Part shown: positions 48,434 through 60,115 of the stretch, one piece after another
How positions within the stretch are numbered: position 1 is the stretch's first letter
Layout of the letters: every line of letters starts with the position of its first letter
Assembly: GCA_004431415.1 (NCBI GenBank)
Contig: QPMI01000609.1
Location: 124,001 to 188,000 of the forward strand
DNA length: 64,000 bases
From: Cyanophora paradoxa CCMP329
Taxonomy: Eukaryota > Plantae > Glaucophyta
Reading direction: 5' to 3'
Made by a program: the position numbers and the translations under genes
Notes under the pieces: generated by a model
Databases searched by the model: none
What the model was told of the DNA's origin: nothing
Seen by the model: the letters and a program-made list of their open reading frames with translations, nothing else

Positions 48434-49696
48434 ATTTATATCGAGATGAAGCTCTGCTGGCTCGCTCTGTGTCGCGATCGATCAGCGTGACCATATGCAT
48501 CAACCAAGGGGCCCTGGCGAAGGCGCGGCACCCAGGCGCGCGGCACAGGCGGCCCGGCTCACCTTATAGAAACTGAATCCCAATGTAATACATGTTGTTT
48601 CTCAGGGCTCGGATGCAGGCGCGGGGCCCGCCCTGGGGAGGACGGGCGTGGTTCCGCGGGCCCATCATTCTCAGGTGCCCCCGGGCCCCTCACTCCCTCG
48701 AGGCGATTCTTCTGTGTCGCGACCGGCGACCCCGGCTCACCTTATAGAAACTGAATCCCAATGTAATACATGTTGTTTCTCAGGGCTCGGATGCAGGCGC
48801 GGGGCCCGCCCTGGGGAGGACGGGCGTGGTTCCGCGGGCCCATCATTCTCAGGTGCCCCCGGGCCCCTCACTCCCTCGAGGCGATTCTTCTGTGTCGCGA
48901 CCGGCGACCCCGGCTCACCTTATAGAAACTGAATCCCAATGTAATACATGTTGTTTCTCAGGGCTCGGATGCAGGCGCGGGGCCCGCCCTGGGGAGGACG
49001 GGCGTGGTTCCGCGGGCCCATCATTCTCAGGTGCCCCCGGGCCCCTCACTCCCTCGAGGCGATTCTTCTGTGTCGCGCCCGGCGACCCCGGCTCACCTTA
49101 TAGAAACTGCATTCCAATGTAATACATGTTGTTTCTCAGGGCTCGGATGCAGGCGCGGGGCCCGCTTTGGGGAGGACGGGCGTGGTTCCGCGGGCCCATC
49201 ATTCTCAGGTGCCCCCCTCACTCCCTCGAGGCGATTCTTCTGTGTCGCGCCCGGCGACCCCGGCTCACCTTATAGAAACTGAATCCCAATGTAATACATG
49301 TTGTTTCTCAGGGCTCGGATGCAGGCGCGGGGCCCGCCCTGGGGAGGACGGGCGTGGTTCCGCGGGCCCATCATTCTCAGGTGCCCCCGGGCCCCTCACT
49401 CCCTCGAGGCGATTCTTCTGTGTCGCGCCCGGCGGCCCCGGCTCACCTTATAGAAACTGAATCCCAATGTAATACATGTTGTTTCTCAGGGCTCGGATGC
49501 AGGCGCGGGGCCCGCCCTGGGGAGGACGGGCGTGGTTCCGCGGGCCCATCATTCTCAGGTGCCCCCGGGCCCCTCACTCCCTCGAGGCGATTCTTCTGTG
49601 TCGCGCCCGGCGGCCCCGGCTCACCTTATAGAAACTGCATTCCAATGTAATACATGTTGTTTCTCAGGGCTCGGATGCAGGCGCGGGGCCCGCCCT
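48434..49696. repeat. Leader plus ~6.5 near-identical units of a 178-bp tandem repeat (same family as 1-845)
   Basis: ORF starts recur every 178 bp (48648, 48826, 49004); array ends abruptly at GGGGCCCGCCCT|. Confidence 0.95.
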
Positions 49697-49721
49697 ACAC
49701 ATATTGAAAAACGAATTTAAA

Positions 49722-52147
49722 TCCCTCCGCTTCGCGCTTCGCGCTTCGCTCCTGGATCAGGCGAAGCCTCTTTCAGGCGAAGCCTCTTTCTCAAACCCAA
49801 AAACCGCCGATATAAATTCCTTTTTTAACCTTTTTTTCCACTCAAGATCCCCCCTGCTAAATAATTTCCGCGTCGCACTCCCTCGAGGACGAATTATTAA
49901 TTCTGCCTCGACACGGACGCGATTGCCGCTAATGACTCAGCTACCCTAACCCCCACAGACCTCTCTAGATCCATTTTTAGCGTCGTGGCTCCCCTAAGAC
50001 GACCGCTCGCCCGTGGGCGTCGCGCGAAAATCGAATTTCCCTCTGGATCAATTCCGGTACTTAACCTCCGACAAATGCAGTCCGAGTCAGAAGGTGGGAC
50101 CCGGTCCCGCCCGGTCCCGCGACGAAATCGCGCCAGGGACGCCCCAGAACGATACAGAATGCCGCGCGAGGGCGAGCGCATCGCCGCAAACTCGATTTCA
50201 AGCGCCGTCGACGCTCCAGTGCGAAGAGTCGGCCGAAAATTTGATCCAGCGCTAGCCGGTCCCGCCCGGTCCCGCGACGCGCGCAATCGATGCGTACTGG
50301 CGCGCATGGACATAGCAGGGCCTGCGCACCCCCGAAATCCGCTTTTCGGAGCCGGAACAGCGCAGGAAGGTACCCGACGGCCAAAATTCGATCCTGCACG
50401 CGCCCTGACATCTTTCCGCGCGCCCACGCCGCGGCGCATGCGCGGAACGATAGCATAAGCATTTAAGATGTAGGCAAAGTCTTCCGCACGCTTTGCGTAT
50501 GCGACGGGCCGCGAGGACCCAGCCGACCCCGAAAATTCGATCCTGCATGGACCTGCACATCTTTCCGCGCGCCCTCGCCTCGAGCTCCGCAGCCCCGCAC
50601 ATCGATGCTATAGCTATATGCATTCAAGATTCTGTTTAAGCGATTCGCAAGCTCTGTGCATGCGCCTGGCCGCGAGAACCTTGCCCTCCCGGGCCTCCCT
50701 CTCAACAATATTATATATAATTCATCTCCTCTAATCTCAACCTGCTCCGGCCTCCCTTTATTTCCTCAGTACATTAATATTCCTCTAGTTATATTCCTCT
50801 AGCCGGCCAGCGGTAGCTGGACTGGCCGTCAGCCGGCCAGCTTCCAACCAGAAAGCTGTTCGCGATCGGCCAGGCCGCTGGCCAGTGCCCTATAGGCCTA
50901 CTGTGACAGCCGCGAGGGCGTCCGCGAGGCTTCGCCGTACTTAGTGCTCCGCAGGAGCACGGATCTTGTCTCAAACCCAAAAACCGCCGATATAAATTCC
51001 TTTTTTAACCTTTTTTTCCACTCAAGATCCCCCTGCTAAATAATTTCCGCGTCGCACTCCCTCGAGGACGAATTATTAATTCTGCCTCGACACGGACGCG
51101 ATTGCCGCTAATGACTCAGCTACCCTAACCCCCACAGACCTCTCTAGATCCATTTTTAGCGTCGTGGCTCCCTAAGACGACCGCTCGCCCGTGGGCGTCG
51201 CGCGAAAATCGAATTTCCCTCTGGATCAATTCCGGTACTTAACCTCCGACAAATGCAGTCCGAGTCAGAAGGTGGGACCCGGTCCCGCCCGGTCCCGCGA
51301 CGAAATCGCGCCAGGGACGCCCCAGAACGATACAGAATGCCGCGCGAGGGCGAGCGCATCGCCGCAAACTCGATTTCAAGCGCCGTCGACGCTCCAGTGC
51401 GAAGAGTCGGCCGAAAATTTGATCCAGCGCTAGCCGGTCCCGCCCGGTCCCGCGACGCGCGCAATCGATGCGTACTGGCGCGCATGGACATAGCAGGGCC
51501 TGCGCACCCCCGAAATCCGCTTTTCGGAGCCGGAACAGCGCAGGAAGGTACCCGACGGCCAAAATTCGATCCTGCACGCGCCCTGACATCTTTCCGCGCG
51601 CCCACGCCGCGGCGCATGCGCGGAACGATAGCATAAGCATTTAAGATGTAGGCAAAGTCTTCCGCACGCTTTGCGTATGCGACGGGCCGCGAGGACCCAG
51701 CCGACCCCGAAAATTCGATCCTGCATGGACCTGCACATCTTTCCGCGCGCCCTCGCCTCGAGCTCCGCAGCCCCGCACATCGATGCTATAGCTATATGCA
51801 TTCAAGATTCTGTTTAAGCGATTCGCAAGCTCTGTGCATGCGCCTGGCCGCGAGAACCTTGCCCCTCCCGGGCCTCCCTCTCAACAATATTATATATAAT
51901 TCATCTCCTCTAATCTCAACCTGCTCCGGCCTCCCTTTATTTCCTCAGTACATTAATATTCCTCTAGTTATATTCCTCTAGCCGGCCAGCGGTAGCTGGA
52001 CTGGCCGTCAGCCGGCCAGCTTCCAACCAGAAAGCTGTTCGCGATCGGCCAGGCCGCTGGCCAGTGCCCTATAGGCCTACTGTGACAGCCGCGAGGGCGT
52101 CCGCGAGGCTTCGCCGTACTTAGTGCTCCGCAGGAGCACGGATCTTG
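49722..52147 (+). mobile_element. Helitron-like non-autonomous element with two head-to-tail ~1.18-kb units, bracketed by a 25-bp inverted repeat
   Basis: A|TC start at 49722; units 49789-50968 and 50969-52147 each begin TC and end with hairpin GTGCTCC-GCA-GGAGCAC + GGATCTTG|T; flanks 49697-49721 and 52148-52172 are perfect reverse complements. Confidence 0.55.
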
Positions 52148-52489
52148 TTTAAATTCGTTTTTCAATATGTGTTAATTTAATACTAAAATACATATTTTTC
52201 GATTAATTTCTTTAACTTTTTATGCAAACTTTGTATAAAATAATGCAAACTTTGTATTAAAAATGAAAACGCGTTTACCAAAATGCATATTTTCGATTAA
52301 ACTTCGATAGATTCAATTGATCTTATATCGATTGATTATGTACTTTGTTGTTTACATACAAATCTGCGATAGATTAACATTAAACTACTTAAAGAACGAT
52401 ATAATCGCGATTAATTCGCATAAATTCGCATAAACTCGATATATCTCTCATGTATTGAAGTAGACCACCGCCCATTCTGTATCGAAAAA

Positions 52490-52748
52490 CGCAAAAAGTG
52501 TCACAGAGTTGCATTGTGTCCAATTGAACAATCGATGAGATCGCTGATGTACATTTTTGCACCGAAAAAGTGTCACAGAGTTGCATTATGTCCAATTAAA
52601 CAATTGAGGAGATTGCGCGATTTTCTATTGGAATATATCGGAACTGCATCACGTCCAATTAAACAATCGATGAGATTCGGTTGTATATTTTAGATCGAAA
52701 AAGTGTCACAGAGTTGCATGGTCTCCAATTGAACAATCGATTAGATTC
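52490..52748. repeat. Degenerate AT-rich ~70-bp tandem repeat (3-4 units)
   Basis: AAAAAGTGTCACAGAGTTGCAT...TCCAATT.AACAAT.GA..AGAT recurs. Confidence 0.8.
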
Positions 52749-54166
52749 CTCGGCCCGCCGCGCCGGGCCCGGCCGGCCGCGCGGCCCCGCGGCGCGGGCC
52801 CCCAGTGGCCCCCCACTGGGCCAGGGCCCAGGCCCCGGCCCCCGGGCCCCGGCACTGGGTCGGCAGCCGGGGGCTCCCGGTTTCCGGCCCCCCGCGGCCC
52901 CGCCGGGGCCCGGGCCGGGCCCTAGGCCCCCTCAGGCTAGCCAGGCCCCTAGCTAGGGGCTGAGGCGGAGGCTTTTCGAATTCGAATTCGGCGAAAAGGT
53001 TTCGCGGAAGGCTCTTTTATCATTGTATACGTATAACTATATATATAAACATAACAAAATATCATGATCAGGGGCTCTTTTCTCCACCACACCGGACGAA
53101 TACAACGAGCACGAAAAAAGATACCGGGTACAAGGTACCTCGTACATTGCTGGGGCAGCGTCCGAGAAATTAACACTGACTTTATTTCGAATTCGATTTT
53201 AATTTGTATGTAGCTATATTATATATATAGCATAGCTAGATATATATATCTTAGAAAACTTTTAATATTGCGCGATATTGCGCATTATAATATTCAGATT
53301 GCGCGTACGTATATACGTACGTGTACGTATATCACGGTATATGTATATAAATCGCAATATTTGCGCATACGAGCTATTTAATTTTCAAAATCAAAAATTA
53401 TGTGACTTTTGTTCGTCATTTCGATCGCTGTACTTGAGCGCTAGCTATAGCTTGCCAAGTTCAACGGTTGTCTAAGTACGAACGAGTTGAGACTCCTTGA
53501 GAGTCCCTGAGACCCTCGAAACTCCGAAGTTCCAATTGGGCGCAACAAGTACCCTGTTTTGGTACGCCGGCCGGCGCCCGCCGGCCGGCCCGGCCCGCGC
53601 CGGGCCGGCGCGCCGCGGCGCCGGCGCCGGCCGCTGCCGCGCGCGGCGCTGCGCGCGGCGCCGCCGGGTACCGCGCGCGCGCGTCGCGCGCGTTAACGTT
53701 GCAGGCGGGTGCGAGGCGTTTCCTAGGCGACGAATGCCGTACGCGCGTGGTGCGCAGCCGCTGCAGGCTCCGATCCGATATCGACGGCGATATTCGCGCG
53801 CAGTTGCAGCAGCTGCAGCTATAGCTTCATAGCGAGCGAGCCGCCGCGGAGCAGCAGCCTAGCGCTCTCATATTATGAGTCATATAGTGTAGCGCGAGCA
53901 GTGCGCGTACGTATACGACAGCGAGTGTTTGCACGCTGCAACTGCGGACCAGTGCACGTGAGGGCTTTTCAGGATCTGCGGACGTGAGTGTCAAGCCGCA
54001 CCCGTGTCAGCCAGCTTAACCTTGAGCTTGCCAGCCGGGAAATCTTCCGATCCGCCGAATCCACACGCGCAAGCGCACATCGGCCGGCCGATTAGAACAG
54101 ACTCGGGGAGCAGTACACATAGCGTTCGAAATTTTCGTCGAAGCTTTGCGGGAGCAGCAACGAAAA

Positions 54167-55788
54167 ATGCGGACACGGGCTCGCGCTGCAGACGCGATGC
54201 GAGCGGCCTTGACCATAGAAAGCGAGTTAAAAGCGGCCCCGGATTGTTTTCATGCAGCAGGGCCCAGCTCTCCGAACATATCCGAAAACGGCTCCAGCTG
54301 CCTTTCGTTGATTTCTGCGGAGGAGAGGGCCGAGTCTATCTATGGGGAGGCCTGCGGCAGCAGCGCCGGCCGGGCGGGCGTCTCGAGCACGGACGAGGAG
54401 CTGGAAGGTGCGCCGCCCGCTGCGCTCAGGCGGCACAGGGGCGAGAATTACTCACGATCGCACATTAAACAGCATTCGCGTCCTCGCTTGGCCCGCTCGC
54501 GCACCACTCGAATTCGAGCCGGTGGCGCTGCGACGAAATACGTTCGTCTCTCTTTCTCCGAGCGCTAGCTTCTGTGCTCGCCATTTTAACGGAGCTCGCA
54601 GCTTTCGGCGATACGAATCCTGCGCTGGGCGAAGACGAGGGCCTGAGGGAATTCTCTGCGCCGCGGGCGAAACGCCCGCGCCTGATGCGCACGCTGCTGG
54701 TGCCGTCAAGCCTGGCCGAAAGCCTCCCCCAAGTCCCGCCGAGCTGCAGCGAGCCTCTAGATCTAGGCGACGTGTGCTCCAACGTGTTTGAGGCCCCGCA
54801 CTCCTTTTGCCTGCGCTTCGACGTGAGTCACGATTACTATTCCCTGCGCATTCATCGCGCGGCCGCTGTTCCGCAGCTGAGACGCGAGCGTGCAGAGCGT
54901 GCGGGCCCCCTTCCGAGTGATCCCGCCGGAGGCTGCGGCGATCATGCGGTCGTTCGCGGAGTGCATCGATATCGAGGCGCCGGCCGAGGGCGGCGCGCCG
55001 GCTTCGCCGCCGGCGCCGGGGCCGGATGACGAAGACCACAAGGGCGCGGCGCCGGCGCCGGCGCCGCTGCCGACGCCGGCGTCGCTCGAGGCGCACTTGG
55101 ACGTCGAGCGGCTCGTGCGCGTCCTCTCCGACCCGCGCACGACGAACACCCAGCTCTACCGTACCCCGGTGCGCACGCACGCGTACCCGTATCCACGCAT
55201 GCTGCACGACCGGCCCGTCCCTTGACGCCGTGCGTGCAGGAGGGCCGGCGCCTGGTGGGCGCCCTGCTCGAGCGCGTGGGCCCACAGGAGTGCGCGGCGG
55301 TCACCTCGGCCCTCCTCCTCGCCCTCCTCGCCGCCCCTTCCGCCTTCTCCGACGCGTCCGAGGCCCACTGGTGCCCCCGCCCCCGCCCCCGCCCCTGCCC
55401 CGCTGACCCCCGGACCCCCCACAGCATGGCGGAGGCCTGCCGGAACGTCGCCCGTGTGCTCTCCCGCGCGGACGAGCCGAGCGCGAGCTCAAGGCCGGCG
55501 GAGCGCCCGCGCCCCCTCGCGCCGGCGTGCCAGGTCGTCTCCCTCCTCAAGAAGGCCCGCTCCGTCTGCAAGTCCGCCTTTGGCAAGGTCCGCCCCATCA
55601 AATTCAAAAATCAAAAATTCAAATTCAAACCTTCGTTCGCAGCTCTCGGAGGAGGTGGCGCGCTGCGACGTGGACCTGGGGTCGCTGAGCCGGCGGGCCG
55701 GGGACGTCGTGGCCTCGGTCGGCCACTACGAGAAGGCCCAGGAGGCCTGCGTCGAGCTCGGCTGCCCCATGCCCCGGCCCTCCTTCTG
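54167..55788 (+). CDS. Multi-exon hypothetical protein with a helical/TPR-like C-terminus
   Basis: Exons such as LDLGDVCSNVFEAPHSFCLRFD, HLDVERLVRVLSDPRTTNTQLY and LSEEVARCDVDLGSLSRRAGDVVASVGHYEKAQEAC..RPSF*, bounded by GT..AG. Confidence 0.55.
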
Positions 55789-58350
55789 AGCGGGCGGGCG
55801 CGGCGGCCGCGGCCGGCAACCCTCTTTCACATATATCTACGAGACTCGACTCTCGAGTCTGGCCCCGCGGCCGCGAGCGCGGGCCGGCCATTTCCGCGTG
55901 CAAGATTTACATCCGTACGCGTAGTCCAGGCGCGCATGCAGCAGTATATATGCGCATGCAGGAGCGCTAGCTCACATTTTTCATATATAGAGTATAATTG
56001 CCGGTTACCTGATCATGAACTGCCAGGCTGTGCTTTTCTCTTTTTGAGGCTCATTCATTCACATATAACGGCCCTGGATCGGGCCATGGCCATGGCATTC
56101 CAGTGTCCGACGGTCGAGCCATCATTAGATTTTCCCATCCATTTCAATTTCAATTCTCCCACCATTCTCCTGTTCAGACTGTTTCGAGCTTGGCGGAGCT
56201 AGAGGCGACATTGCACGATATATAGTTTAATTCGTGCAATGTCCGGCGACATCAGGTCCGCCGTTGATAATTAATATTAGCTTGACTTAGTAAGCCTATT
56301 AGCCCGGTCTAGTACGTTCAAGCAGCGGTGCCTGATAACCCCGGTAGCTATAGCTCACAGAAGCGCAGATTCTTCGAAGTATAGACATGCCAGATTCTTC
56401 GAAGTTGTCAGTTTGGGTTTTGTGCGTATGACGGCATCATGGTATTTCTCAGAGTCTATTTTTTTTTTTGGTGAATTACCGGCCACAGTCTCTAGACACC
56501 AGCACTGCGGGGGCTGCCCATGGCCAGGGGGCATAAAGACAAAAAAGCAAAATAACTAAGACAAGAGCACGAAGAAAGATAAGACAAAGAGCCAAAATCA
56601 GAGTCTAATCGTTGATTCATAAATGTTTAATCTCAATAAACATCATAGTATGCTCAAAATTTTAAATCGAGCAGTGGCGAATTCAAAAATGATTCGAATT
56701 CGAAGGGAGACCCTCGCGCGGCCCCTCAGGTCAAGACTAGTATTTACGTAGTTATAGGGCCCCGCCAAAGGCTTTCGAATTTCCTTACGGGGCTTTCGAG
56801 GCCCTGATCATGAGGGCCAGGTCGCAGTGTGCCTCAGCGAGTTCTAACCGTTGAACGACTCTCATCAGGGCATGCGTTATGGCATCGGAGATCGACTCAG
56901 GGCGGCGATGATCAGGATTCATGATCATCATGATATCGATCATCGGATCAGGATGGGAGTCGTCAATGACTCGTCATGATCATGGCATAGACTCATAAGC
57001 TTGCAACTTCTAGAAAACTTCAAGGCTTCAAGGCTTGCAGCCTCAGGCTGCAGCTTCAAGGCTTGAAAAATAAATTGAAGCCTGCAACTAGGCTGCAATT
57101 GCAAGTTCTGCAATTTGGCAACAGCGCTAGCAGGCTGCAAGGAGCCTGTCGACGTCAGGGAACGAAACGCCCGAACTTCGGAGCGTTCACATGCAGAGGG
57201 CCATTTCTTGCATTCATTCCCCTGAGCTATATCTGGCGCCTCCATCTGGCCCCGCTCGCCGCCGCTGTACACGCCGCACATCGCGGCACATGTACAGCTA
57301 CTGCTATAGGTCCGTGGCTCACTTTGCATCGTGCTCGGTTCGCTCACCGCGGGCGATCCGGCGCAGCGCATCTGGCGGTTCGTCGCCCTCGCGCCGCCGC
57401 CGCATGTCAACGCGATCCCGTGCGCGTGGTTGTGGCGGAGCGCGCGCGCAGGGCATGGGGGCGGCATGCTGCAGCTCGTCGGCGATAGCGGCGGCGCCTG
57501 GGGAGTGCGACGCGCTCGAGCGTTTCGCACACCGGGCGATGTGTGGCTGGAGCTGGTGCCTCGTAACGCTGTCCCCCCCGGTTTTGGGCAGCCCCAAAAC
57601 CGGCGCTGGCGCGGCGGCGGCAGCGCGGAGGACCCGAAGCGGTACACAGCGCAATCGGCGCTCTGTACTGCGCATGCATAACGCGACCAGAGCGCTAGCA
57701 GCGCGGACTGCATGACGGAATCGCTGCCCCCCCCCTCCGCAAGCGGGCGCGCGGGACCTTGGCGCGCGGGCGCGCAGCGCGGATCCGCTAGCAAAAAGGA
57801 CCTATGCGCGCCGATTCCCTAGCACTCGTGTAGCTGTCTTGTCGATCCCGCGCCGCGAATCCCGCGCCCGCAGTGGTCGAAAATCGATGGTAACGGCGCT
57901 AGACGCCGCATAACGTATGATGATCAGCATCCCGCAATCTTTATTTATGCCAGCTGGCGCGTAGCGCGCTGCCCCCCTCGCCCCGCCATGCCACAACACA
58001 CACTCCCCAACCGAGTGATGCAATTAACTTTCTAGCAGAATGCGCTCTTGTGTCCCTGATACTACCATAGCTATAGGCCTCGCTATAGACTCATTAATAT
58101 ATTGGGAATGACATACTGTAAAGCAGGAAATATTTAAGAGCCCAAAATGTTTAGTAATTCCGGGGTTCGGCCGGTTTAGTAGGCCTAGAATAAATAAGAG
58201 TGGTACAGTGGTACTACGGTCCGCCGGCCCGGCGCCGGGCCGGTACGAATTGAAGAATTTGGCCTACTAGTAGTACGTATCGCACGGTATCGGCAGTACC
58301 ACGGTAACATGATTTGGTACACGTACTAAAACCGCAACCCTCTCTACCGC

Positions 58351-59955
58351 CTACCGCCGCACCGCGACCCTCTCTCCTTCGGGGAGCACGCTCCAGTTGG
58401 GGCTCTGTACCCCCCTTAGCGCCACGGGGGGTGGACAGGGGGGGGAAGAACCTGCTGGGTACGGAGCCATCGGAAGTCCTCCACGGCCGCCCACCGGTTC
58501 TCGACTCCCTCGAATCCCGCCTCCTGCGCGCGCGCCCAGCCGCCCGCATCGGCGCAGGCTCCGTGTACCCCCTTGTACCCGGTTGCCGCACCCTGGACTG
58601 GGACGGAAGCTCGGGGTACGAGAGGTTGTAGGGGGCGAATCGGAGCCCCGAGCAGTGCTCGATGATGGGGCCGCTCCGCACGTGCACGTAGAAGTCGCAC
58701 CCCTTCGCGTCGTGGATCCGGATCTGCTCATTCAGGTGAGGCTCAGATGAGCGGGGGCGACGTCGAGGAGGGGGCGGGGGCGGGGGCGGGGGCGGGGGCG
58801 GGCCTGGCGGCTCATAAGGGAGAAGGAGCAGCGCTCGGCGCCCTCGATGCGGACGGACCCGTCCACAGGCCCCGCGTGTACCCGGCAGTTCTCCACCCTG
58901 CGCGCCCGCCAAAAGTGAGCCAGAGCTGAGCGATCCAAGACGAGGAAGGCCCCAATCAAAGCGCCTGTGGATGTGCAGGGCGGAGGTGCGCTGGAGGAGG
59001 AAGACGTCGCAGTCCTTCAGGTCCCGCAGGATGACGTCACGCCCGGGCTCCAGCTCCCCGGCGCCCCGCACCAGGACCTGGCCGGCTAGCCCCGCGATGC
59101 AGACCGTCCGCTCGTCCAGTGGCCCTGCGACGACGACCTTGGGTCGGGGGGCGAGGGAGGGGAGGGGCCCGCGTCCGCGGGCGGGGGCGTCGTCGGCCCC
59201 GCGCACCGCCGGCGGGCTGGGACGCAGCCGGCGCAGGCGGCTCCTCTCTGGAGGCCTCCGGCGGCTGCTGCGGCGCGCGTCGGCGGGGCCGGCTTGCGCC
59301 CCTCTCGCGCGGCGCGCGCGCGCACCGTGGGGGCGGGCGCGGCGGCCGAAGCCGACGTGCCGGGGGACGGCGTGCGGCGGCTGCTGAAGGCGAACTTCTT
59401 CTTGGGGGCGACGGCCGCCTTGAGGGTCGCGTGCTCCTTCTCCAGCCTCGCCAGAACCTGAAGGCGTCGTCGGCGCCGCGCGGGGCTCGCTCGGGGTTCG
59501 GTTCGCGGGCGGGCCGGCGCACGTCCTGGGACTGGCGCAGGTCGTACGGGGGAAGGAACCGCGCCGCCCTCGTCACGCTCGCCTGCAGCTCCGCGACCCT
59601 CGCCGCGAGCTCGTCCAGCCTCGCCGACGCCTCCTCGCCCTGCAGCGCCTTCGCCGCGCCCAGTGCTTCCGCGATGGCTGCGCGCCGCGCGGGTCGGGCA
59701 CCCAGCGCGGCCACTGGCGGAGCGAGCGCACCGTTCTTCTCCTTCGTGAATGTCTGGTGGAACGCGGCGGCGCTCTCGCCGGGGTCCTGGTGCTCCTCGC
59801 GCTGCGCCTGCTTTAGCTCCCGCTGAACCGCGCGGCTCGCCTCGGCGGCGGCCAGACGCTCCTCGAACGCCGCGCGCTTGTCCTGCGCGCGCGTCAGCCG
59901 GCACGATGGCGCTGGCAGAGCTGGCGGCGCTGGCATGGGCTCGCACATCGCTCAT
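58351..59955 (-). CDS. TBCC: Tubulin-specific chaperone C
   Basis: N-terminal helical bundle with FLPPYDLRQSQ and APKKKFAFS; CARP/TBCC domain GPVDGSV..SRQ|IRIHDAKGCDFYVHVRSGPIIEHCSGLRFAPY, VEDFRWLR, SPNWSVLPEGER. Confidence 0.95.
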
Positions 59956-60115
59956 TGCGGGTGCGAGCGGCGCGCTGGCCCGAGATTCCGCGCTGCTCTA
60001 CAAGAGTACGTCGACAGCGACAGCAGAGGCCAGAGGAACCAGAACAAGCTCAAACGGGGCCGGGGGTTAGTCTGAGCAGGGTACAGTTGCCGCGCCGCCT
60101 CACCAGCAGAGCGCG

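Noticed and set aside
48551-49696. Spliced-leader RNA gene array on the minus strand (TTTCTATAAG|GTGAG)
   Set aside because: No U-rich Sm-binding site follows the donor-like motif and nothing else supports it
49943-49953. Telomere-like CCCTAACCC
   Set aside because: Single unit in each of the two duplicated segments; not an array
52490-52748. CRISPR-like repeat-spacer array
   Set aside because: The 'spacers' resemble each other (TGTACATTTTT vs TGTATATTTTA), the repeats are degenerate, there are no cas genes and the context is eukaryotic; it is a decayed tandem repeat
22661-56505. ~45-bp inverted match (22661-22707 vs 56458-56505) as TIRs of a 34-kb element
   Set aside because: The left copy is internal to the 22614-22897 MITE and no TSD is visible; more likely a fragment of a related MITE
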